A DNA stretch of 59,990 nucleotides, counting the filler, from Basidiobolus ranarum (Eukaryota): NCBI GenBank assembly GCA_040143965.1. It is 9 parts of 9 records of this genome, joined end to end, with 100 filler letters (N's around TTAATTAATTAA, not from the genome) between each part and the next. Parts side by side here need not be neighbours in the genome. Positions count along the whole stretch, not along the records: positions 46,788 to 53,340 come from JASJQH010001296.1; positions 53,441 to 59,990 come from JASJQH010001297.1; 7 more parts are not named here. The stretch is one strand, 5' to 3'. The position numbers and the translations under genes were made by a program. Below, piece by piece: positions 51,058 through 59,990 of the stretch; positions within the stretch are counted from its first letter, which is position 1, and each line of letters begins with the position of its first letter. The notes beneath the pieces are model-generated. The model made no database searches. It saw nothing but the letters and a program-made list of their open reading frames with translations, and had not been told where the DNA came from.

Positions 51058-52046
51058 ATATATTTCTTTTTTTACCAAGTACAAAAATATACAATCTGGT
51101 AATTTTAATACCAAATTATATGATACGTAATGACATCGATTAATAATTTTAACTATTGCATTATAATTATATTATATATTGTGAATTGTTTTTTAAAAAT
51201 GCATTTGTACATATATATAAATATATTTAAATCATAATTTTCAGACCATTAAATATGTTACAGATAAATTAAAAATACGTTTAATTTAATTATGGAATAT
51301 GTACCGTAATATTACAAAATATTTGTTATAATATATTTTTGTTACGTAAAATAATTTAAGAATATTATTTATTTTCGTACATTTTACCAATGCTTATTTT
51401 ATTTATATTGTCTGATTAAATATATAATTACCTAAAACAAAATATTTTTTGGGAATTTTATATAAAACTAATTAAATATGAAACATTGTTTTATACAATA
51501 GACTTTAAATTATGATCGGCATTATTAATATATGATCCACTAGATAAAACACAAAATTGGTTTAAATGTGTTAATATGTAATAAATAACAATATCATTTA
51601 GTAATATGATATATTTATATATAGTATACAAAAACCATACGGTAAAATTTATACCAATAAATATATAACATAAAAAATAAATTTAATTATTCATCTTAAT
51701 ATTGTCATAACATATGATTATATAAAAAATTTTTGATTAAATATTTTTTGTATATAATAATAAATAATTTAATAGTTTTATATATACAAAAAATAACCAT
51801 CTGCAGTTTGCATAATAAAATAAATATCATGTTAAATTTTAATTATCTATACGTAATTGTACAAATAAATTTATAATTAAAATCTAGATAATTATTACAA
51901 TATATACCAAAAAGTTTATGCAAATTAGAATTTATAAACCAAAAATATTATTTTTGAAAAACATAATGTATGTACAATTTAGCAAATCCCATTTTTAAAA
52001 TTTAAAATTGCGATTGTATGGCCATTTATACACACAAAAATGTATA
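51058..52046. other. ~1-kb extremely AT-rich non-coding spacer between convergent genes
   Basis: Almost entirely A/T, with no credible ORF. Confidence 0.7.
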
Positions 52047-53340
52047 TTATGACGATGAGTTATATTCTCTAAGTCTGAATTCTGATTTGAGGGAAAGTAA
52101 TGCAGTTGACGTAGGTACCAAAGATCTTTTAATAAGGGAACATAATATATAAGCCTTCTGTTCAATAGCCATTTGTTTATAAGTTTCAACGGAAACAAGT
52201 CCGGGTCCTTCGAGCTTAAAAGTTTCATAATATATATTATGCAATTGGGCAGGAGAAATCTTGCCATGCTTAATTTTATTTATTGTAGTTTCGTTGAAAA
52301 TAACCTTATCTCTATCAGAGTTAACTCCTTTGAATCTCATGATAATAGGAGTTTCTTCACCAGTAGATTTATTTATGGTGTATATACAATAACATTTTGG
52401 GGCAATGGATATACAGTATGGATCTTCATGCCCTTCGGGTACTTCGTCTAAAACTTCTTCTCTAAGCTGACCACATTCTTCTCCAAATAGCTCGGAAAAA
52501 TTTTTGCGTAACTGTTTATATTCGGTTAAGCTCATAACTAACGAATCCGTATCCGTTAAAATTTTTGTTTGAACTTGAGAAAGTAAAGATATATACATAT
52601 CTCTTCTTGCATAAGCATAAATTAATATACCCCATATTGTGGGAACCATTACTTTTGGATGAGCAATCTTACCTATGGCTATATCAGTTCCGCAGTATGA
52701 AAACCAATAATCCGAATCTTTGACAACAGCTCTGAAAAAATTTTCCTTTTGTTTGTTGCTTTGAATAATTTCTTTTCTAATAGTATGAGGACGTTGGATA
52801 AATTTGCCGGATAAACTATTCATGGCTAATTTTAAACATTCACGCAAAGACGGATTATATCTATGATCTTTTGTAGTTTTCCATTTATCTTGCTGTTGCT
52901 TGGCATTTACGATAGGTAAGATAAAACTCGTGAAAATATTATTTCTACTATTATCCCAAATATATCCTTCATGAACAATTATGTCGCAATTTGTAGCCTC
53001 CAATAGTTCGATGTCAACATTAGTAATCCATCTGTTCATTGGTCCATCATACTTCCAATTCAAAGAATCCCCTGCGTTATCTCTAACATTGGGAATAATT
53101 ATTGGATCTACAGTTTGACCATTAATGGTAACGTTATAAACCCCTATTTTTCCTTTGCGGTATGTCTTAGTTTTTTTAGGCATACCTATTGGAAACTTAT
53201 GTTTCATCATCACATATGGATATAAAGATATTACGTCAACCATTGCTACCGGTTTGTCGTATATTCCTCCATGAAAAATTTCTGATCTGCCTCCTATTGT
53301 ACTTTGTCGAATTGCCGAATCTTGTTCGGGATTTAAAATT
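52047..53340 (-). CDS. Protein-primed family B DNA polymerase, polymerase domain (5'-partial)
   Basis: The frame is open to the contig end: IRQSTIGGRSE (GGR motif), motif A DVISLYP, motif B KLAMNSLSGKF, PTIWGILIYAYAR, motif C TDTDS, APKCY and FKGV. Confidence 0.9.
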
Positions 53341-53440
53341 NNNNNNNNNNNNNNNNNNNNNNNNNNNNNNNNNNNNNNNNNNNNTTAATTAATTAANNNN
53401 NNNNNNNNNNNNNNNNNNNNNNNNNNNNNNNNNNNNNNNN

Positions 53441-53905
53441 TGATCAGTGGTAGGTACTCCAATGCATTCCATTTCATCCACTAAAATAGTGACTCTATTA
53501 ATTAGTGATTTAATGTCTTCTCCTGGCTTCATCTTTAAGTTAAAGAATTGTCTTCTTATAAACATCTTGTTGGCAGCAGAGCTTATTTGGTAGGTGTCTT
53601 CAAAGGCTTTCCACACCTTCTTGGCAGTTTTAGCTCTTGAACATTGAATTAACAATTGATCTTTAACACTAAGACAAATTGTGTTAAAGGCACTTTGTTC
53701 TTTTTTAACCTGGAGTAATACTTTGGTTTCAGCCAGTTTTGCATTGTTTTCTACTCCTACAACAGGGTCCCAAAGTCCTTTTTCTTGCAGCAGCATTTGC
53801 ATTTTAATTTTCCAAACTTGATAATTGGTTCCATCCAATTTTTCAAAAGAGGGAAAAGTTCCATAAATTTGAGAAGTAGATATTACAAAGAGTGCAGTAC
53901 ACCTG
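53441..53905 (-). mobile_element. Copia family A gag fragment
   Basis: EKLDGTNYQVWKIKMQMLLQEKGLW...RRQFFNLKM, closely related to 44170-44600. Confidence 0.9.
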
Positions 53906-55333
53906 CTCCCACCCAACCAAAGAGACTACTTTGAGCTTGATAGATTCATCAGCTACTGCCCCAGGTTTCTGATGCCTGACTTTCCTGAGACTCCCTATGA
54001 TCATGCTTTAAATGGAACATTTGGATTCTTCCCATATCATATCTGAGTAGTGCTACTGAGGGCTAGATTTCTACTCCAGCTAAATGACTGCAGAAATCCA
54101 CTGGTCAAGAAATGGCTAGCCACACCATCTTCAAATCCACTATCCTGCTGGAAACTGATACAAGAAGACTCTCTTATTTCTGAATTAGCTTTACAGCTAC
54201 ATGAAACCAAAGAGCTCAAAATTGTTGCTATAGAATTCTAGCTAGACCTTTGGAAGAAATATCTAGCCTCCAAGACACCTTTTTTGATCCCCATTATTCC
54301 AGGTTTTTGTCCTATTGTCCATTTGGTTGGTATTGAGTATCCTCCTTTCTGCTTACCACCTGTGCCCCTTAACACTATATTTACATGCTCAGAACTGGAT
54401 TACATTGGTCATCAAGTTAAGTATGGATATGATCCAGTTTTGTCACAATATCTTAGAAGATTGATTTCTTGATTGTCACTTTATTTAGATTAGTATATAA
54501 GCTAAATAAAGTCCATACCACCCAGTGCTTTTCATCACCCTGAGGTAAATAATACTAATAGGTGATTGTGAGTGACATTAGCTAAAGCAAATAAATTAGA
54601 GATATATTTGGTCAGAGAGGACTGATGCATAATCCTTAATACAATATTCTAACACAAGATCTATATCCTAGACCATACAAAAAAGAAAAGTATCTAATTG
54701 TGGCCTTTTAAGGTAAACACTTTTTACATGCAGGTAAAAAATTCAAATCTAATTTCTGTTCAGACCAGAACATTTTTGCAGATTGAAGGAACCTCTCTCC
54801 ACCAGGTATAAGAGAAAAGGGTATTTTGTCAGCTAGCAGCAGTCTGCCAACTCAAAAAGCAAATAATCCTGTGTTGTTATCGTTACACAAAACCCTTGAT
54901 ACAGAGTAAGTTTCTTTTGCCATGCGTCTGAGCTTATCTTGAATTTTTTGCAATCGTCCCATTTACTTTATGAATTGTCTAATTGATTTGTTTAATTCCT
55001 CTCATTTTAGATTATACCACTGTAATCTCTCTATAGCTAGTAACGTATTTATTGAATAAATATCACTTCATTTTTATATCCTCCATCTACTCAAGTTAAG
55101 GTGGACTTGAAGAATGTTGAATTATTAGGAATACTGTTCATTTAGACCATGATTGTTAAATGAAGGTGAGAAGGACTTGAAACAAATGCAATAGCATTCA
55201 GTTTGAGGGGATGAAGGGAAGGAGTGGGAGTTTTGAAGAAAAAATAGAAGAGTCGATGAGAAGCAAAAATCCAAAACGAAAGCAGCCCCAAAAGTGATAC
55301 TGTCACTAAGGAAGCAATCAATGAAGTGGGGAA

Positions 55334-56758
55334 TTATACATTGGTCGAATTAGATAAATAGGTAATTCTACGATCTGGGGAGACAACACGTAATAAACCA
55401 GTAGTACCGCTGTCGGAGTCTTCCATAGGGGGGTTTAGTAGAAGACAGGGTAAGCAGCAAGCCGTACAACAAAATGCCAATGTTAGAACAATAAAGATAG
55501 GGATGAATACCACAGCCAAGGTAACCGAGCCGGTATCCAACTTTCTAGCAAGCAATCCAACGAGGGCATAGAATAGGGTACCAAAGATAACGAAGGCTAT
55601 CACGGCCAGGATAAGAAGTGCCTTGCTTTGTTGTCTAGCTTCTTCAACATCAATCCGTTGAAGTTGAGTATATGCCCCTATGATCCATATCAAGTAACGT
55701 AGACCAACCAAATACAACGGAATGAAAACGACGCCCCAACTGACGGTGATATCCTCATTGATGCGTACAACGAGCAAGATGATCAAAAGAACGCGAAGTA
55801 CGAACCACCAATAATGGTCGAATGCAAACAGTAGCTTCACTGTCAAAGGCAATCTAACTGGCATTCCATCTTCATTTACACCAGCATGCAACGATGTATA
55901 GTATTGAATGGTTAGTCGGAGGAAATTGATTGCTTCAAGAATAATCCATGGAACAAATGTGACTACAGTAGACCAGTGTACGGACTGCTGCACCACAATG
56001 AACACTTGGAACAATACAATCAGTGCGAAATATGCAAAGGTGATGGAGTTTTGAAGCATGTGGACCTTCTGTCTTTTTTTCAAAAGCTCTTCTCTATCCT
56101 CAATCGGTCCATCGAACTCTCCATCTACCTCTTCCATCTCGTCCAACTTCGTTGTTTTAAAGAATCGTCCGATAAGCACGAAACCAAGTATAGCATCTAT
56201 GATCCATAATGGAATGAACACCACCGCGTACGACCACGAAGTCTTCGAGTCCACTTTTAGAGACAAGAATGTACAGAATAGCACCACCATTAGAATGAAA
56301 AATGACGTGCTCACAAAGAATATGCAGAGCATATCACTAATTTCAGGATCGAGGAAAGCACCAGCCACCGTACCAAGCATGTTCACACCCATTTCACCAT
56401 ATTTATCGTATACTGCGCGTTTCTTTGGATCACCTAGTGAAGAAGTTGAATATTCCACCCCAAAAGAATGCATTTATAGATAAGACTTACTTAAGATCTC
56501 ATAAGCATGACTGATCGCTTTAAACTATTGGAAAGTGTTTAGTTAGTATGACTTTAAAATGTGTAGTGAACTATTGATGATGAGTGATTAATACTAGCAT
56601 TTAAAAAAGAACGCAGTAATTACCTGATCAGCAGCATCAGGATTCTTATCAGGGTGATATCTGAGTGCTAACTTTCGATAAGCTTTCTTAAGCTCCTCAG
56701 GAGTGGCAGTTTTGCTCACGTTGAGCGTTTCATAGAGTTCCACTGTATTTCTATCCAT
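55334..56758 (-). CDS. DnaJ-domain protein fused to a multi-TM TMEM185/Fragile-X-F-like domain; exons 56758-56624, 56524-56491, 56433-55334; ~422 aa
   Basis: J domain [18 protein letters not shown]...[14 protein letters not shown], repeated [11 protein letters not shown] / [12 protein letters not shown] motifs, and a Cys string CCTACCLPC. Confidence 0.88.
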
Positions 56759-58877
56759 TCATGCACAAGTGACTAGTTTAACTTATAAGAAAGAGGTGGG
56801 AGGGGGATCTTGCAAGTAACAAAAACAAAAAAGTTCAATATTCTACGTTTCCTGCGTAGAAATTTTTTCGAATAACGGTCGCTTAAGCAGTAAAATAAAG
56901 CTGTCAACACTAATAGATAGATTACTGCTATGGTTGCGGTTGAAATTGAGAATATCAATTACAAGTTTAACCTCTTTTACAAAGAGTGAAAAGATTGTTG
57001 CAGTCAACACTATAATAAAGTACAAATCATAGTGGATAGGAGAGATTAAAGTCAGTATCTAATGAAAATTAGCGAGATTAAGAAAAGTTTTACTTACACT
57101 AAAGCTAACGTAGAGAAAATAAAAACTGACTGATAACAAGAAGATAAAGTCAGTTGGAAAGTAATTCGTAGATTAAGGAAAGTATCATTAAATTATTGAT
57201 TCCAATAGGGCTTCAACATTAATCACATTATTTACTGATTTGTACTTCGGGCTTAGGTATCTATCATTGCGGATTGGCCAGACTTGGGTTACTTTTAAAC
57301 TCCAAAATGTATATTTCCTTATTTTAAGGTATAAGGAGATATTTGAAACATGTTTGGAAATAGCGATGATTTAGACGGTTTAAAGGCCATAATTTGACGG
57401 AAAATAAGGCACTTTCATGAATACCCGACTCGGATCTTACAACATTCAATAAATGCTAAGTAACGTCCCATTGGTCATACAGTACTGGATAAGTTCCTAA
57501 GGCAGGTTATGAAAAGTTAAATTAGTGTAACTTGGAAATTTATTATCGTTTATGAAAGACCCAGCCTGGAGAATCGTCGATAATATTCATTTAGGGCCCG
57601 TTCACTCACCGAGTATTTTAAAGACCTAACCCTAGATTAGCATACACTCAACCAGCAATATTAGAAAAGCCGAGAAATTGAAAATTGCCATATTACATTA
57701 CTTCGCTTACCCAAGCCTGAAACAATCATCCTGTACATCCCTGTTCTATCCCAGCCATGATACTCTTCAGACAAAATAGCAAGAGATGCAGCCAACCTAC
57801 ACAAACCCCACACAGAACCGAATTGAGGCAGCATCCGATCAAGTTTGATCACAGCACGATGGCTGCTTAATGTCACTGATGTAGCAATGAAGACTAATGC
57901 CTCTCCATAAAGGAAGATTTTCTAGCTAGAAGAATGAGATACACATTGAAGTGCTCTATAGAACAAATCCAACATGAATCCTTCGTGCTACAATACCGAC
58001 CTGATACGGAACGCATTTTAGAAGTGGCATTGTGGGGAAATGATCTAGTGGAGCTCGCAATAAACATACCCCTTGCATACAATAGAATTTTTAAAATGAT
58101 TCTTGTATCTTTGATGGAAGCAGAATCCTAGCTGTAGTTCTAGCCTTAAAGTACAATGCACGAAACAAGCTCGAGGATCCTCTCATCCCTGAATCGAAAG
58201 GTCGCAATTGATAAAGCAGTGGATCAAAGAGGTTTGTGTATATTTCAACAGATAAGTTTCAAGTTTCTTCAATATAATTCGACCAACCAATATTTCTCAC
58301 CCAAAGGGAACAGAAACAAAATGAATTGGTTTTCCATCCACCAACATAGCTACTAGCTCGCCTATTTCCTCCTAGAATTTCTACGAATTACACCCAATGC
58401 ATTTCTGCCTCATTGGCGTTGCTTATGTAGTCTATTTGCATCCTGATCAATGTCAACGTTGATTTTCACTTGAACTGCAAATTTAATGCACTTTCAAACC
58501 AAATGTGTGTAGGTAATAGGTCTTAGAGGGAAGAAAAATGCGGGTAAAAAAACAAATACAATTGAATTATGTGACTTAACACAACCATGTTTCACAACAA
58601 TGTTCTAATTTCAGGGGAAGTGACAGGAGGTTGAAAGGAGTGAACGATTCAGGAGGAGTAAGAATATATTGAAAAATGTTAACTTGAAAATATTACCTAT
58701 TGTACGTAATTCTACCTAACCCAAACCAATTCATCATGTAAATATATCTCTATTCTATGCCCCTCTCTAGACTATAAAAGATCACTTGAATCGTTTCAAT
58801 TTCTACACAGTTCTTAAGAAACATTCAATTGAGTTTCTAATCTTTACTTCGCAATCTTTTAGCAACCTTAACATAAT

Positions 58878-59990
58878 ATGAAATTCTCCGCCCCCGCTCT
58901 TCTTTTCGTTATCTCTGCTGCTTGCTCTGTCAGCGCTGGTGTTGGCTCCTATGATACAACTGACCTTTCTGGAAGCCTAGGAGACAATGGTGGAGGAAAT
59001 GGTGGTGGTGCTGGAGGATATGGCTCTGGTAATGGCTCAGGCGGAAACGGTGGTGGCAATGGCGACGATAACGGTGGTGGAAACGGCGGTAACGGCGGTG
59101 GTGCTGGAGGATATGACTCTGGCAATGGATCTGGCGGTAACGGCGGTGGTTCCGGAGGCAATGGAGGAGGAAATGGTGGTAACGGTGGCGGTGCTGGAGG
59201 ATATGACTCTGGCAATGGATCTGGCGGTAACGGCGGTGGGTCTGGAGGCAATGGAGGAGGAAATGGTGGTAACGGCGGCGGTGCTGGAGGATATGACTCT
59301 GGCAATGGATCTGGTGGTAACGGAGGAGGCAATGGCGGTGATAATGGTGGTAACGGTGGTGGAAACGGAGGCAACGGCGGTGGTGCGGGAGCTTACGACA
59401 CCGGAAATGGTTCAGGCGGTAATGGAGGAGGAAATGGTGGTAACAATGGTGGGGTTGGAGCCTACGGTCCAGGAAGTGGTTCAGGTGGCAATGGAGGAGG
59501 AGGAAATGGTTCCGGTGGCAATGGAGGTGCTGGTGCTTATGATACTGGAAATGGTGCTGGTGGTAATGGAGGAGGTAATGGTGGTGGACCTGGTGGAAAT
59601 GGCGGAGGAAACGGTGGCAACGGCGGTGGTGCTGGAGGATATGACTCCGGAAATGGATCTGGTGGCAACGGAGGAGGCAATGGTGGTGATAATGGAGGCA
59701 ACGGTAGTGGAAATGGTGGTAATGGCGGAGGTGCTGGAGCTTATGACACCGGAAATGGCTCCGGTGGCAACGGAGGAGGAAACGGCGGTGATAATGGTGG
59801 TAATGGCGGTGGTGCTGGAGGATATGACTCTGGCAATGGCGCAGGTGGTAATGGTGGAGGCAATGGTGGCTTCGGTGGTGGTTCTGGAGCTTTTGTTTCT
59901 GGATTTGGTGCGGGTGGTCTTGGTTGTGGAAATGGTGGTGGTGCTGGTGGTAATGGTGGAGGAATTGGCGGCAACGGTGGAGGAGCTGGT
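58878..59990 (+). CDS. Secreted Gly/Asn-rich repetitive protein (3'-partial)
   Basis: ATG at 58878, signal peptide MKFSAPALLFVISAACSVSA, and repeats of GGNGGGAGGYDSGNGSGGNGGG. No stop before the window end. TATAAAA near 58773. Confidence 0.88.
   Translation, partial: MKFSAPALLFVISAACSVSAGVGSYDTTDLSGSLGDNGGGNGGGAGGYGSGNGSGGNGGGNGDDNGGGNGGNGGGAGGYDSGNGSGGNGGGSGGNGGGNGGNGGGAGGYDSGNGSGGNGGGSGGNGGGNGGNGGGAGGYDSGNGSGGNGGGNGGDNGGNGGGNGGNGGGAGAYDTGNGSGGNGGGNGGNNGGVGAYGPGSGSGGNGGGGNGSGGNGGAGAYDTGNGAGGNGGGNGGGPGGNGGGNGGNGGGAGGYDSGNGSGGNGGGNGGDNGGNGSGNGGNGGGAGAYDTGNGSGGNGGGNGGDNGGNGGGAGGYDSGNGAGGNGGGNGGFGGGSGAFVSGFGAGGLGCGNGGGAGGNGGGIGGNGGGAG

Larger units (their letters stand above)
46958..53340. mobile_element. 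AT-rich intronless virus/plasmid-like island (Polinton-like or linear-plasmid-like) carrying pPolB, a kinase and an MLKL-like gene
   Basis: Abrupt compositional shift, long intronless ORFs with A/T-ending codons, a protein-primed PolB and a 28-bp divergent intergenic region. No capsid, integrase or TIR is visible. Confidence 0.75.

Noticed and set aside
53340-53441. Copia sequence apparently flanking the pPolB island on both sides
   Set aside because: The right-hand copia gag is on a different contig across a linker.
53910-54480. Possible decayed non-LTR retroelement tail
   Set aside because: CpG-poor and repeat-like, but no RT or endonuclease motif is visible.
57661-57876. HGWDRTG resembling a phosphatase or myotubularin P-loop
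   Set aside because: It lacks the catalytic Cys and surrounding fold, and sits in a short non-ATG ORF, so it is likely chance.
58949-59974. Pro-rich ORFs on the minus strand
   Set aside because: Antisense shadows of the Gly-rich plus-strand gene, which has an ATG, a signal peptide and a TATA box.

Overview
This is eukaryotic DNA with short GT-AG introns, most consistent with an early-diverging fungus (Zoopagomycota/Mucoromycota-like; this is an inference). The window is not contiguous genome. It is nine ~6.55-6.6 kb contigs in decreasing length order, joined by artificial 100-bp N44-TTAATTAATTAA-N44 linkers: 1-6600, 6701-13296, 13397-19985, 20086-26668, 26769-33346, 33447-40021, 40122-46687, 46788-53340 and 53441-59990. 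Adjacency across linkers is meaningless. Contigs 1, 2, 3, 5 and 9 carry ordinary host genes: IDO, chitin deacetylase, THUMP/Tan1, ATP17, aminotransferase IV-like, LONRF, proteasome alpha2, a nucleotide-sugar transporter, GH47, a bZIP factor, a CBM19-like tail, a DnaJ membrane protein and a secreted Gly-rich protein. Contigs 4, 6 and 7 are CpG-depleted graveyards of Ty1/copia elements (hemivirus-type PBS) and CACTA-like elements with nested solo LTRs. The standout is contig 8, an AT-rich, intronless, virus- or plasmid-like island. It encodes a protein-primed B-family DNA polymerase plus a head-to-head gene pair only 28 bp apart: an intact non-RD kinase with Sel1-like repeats, and a full-length MLKL-like protein (N-terminal helical bundle plus pseudokinase). 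This resembles a necroptosis-type kinase/executioner module carried on a Polinton-like or linear-plasmid-like element.
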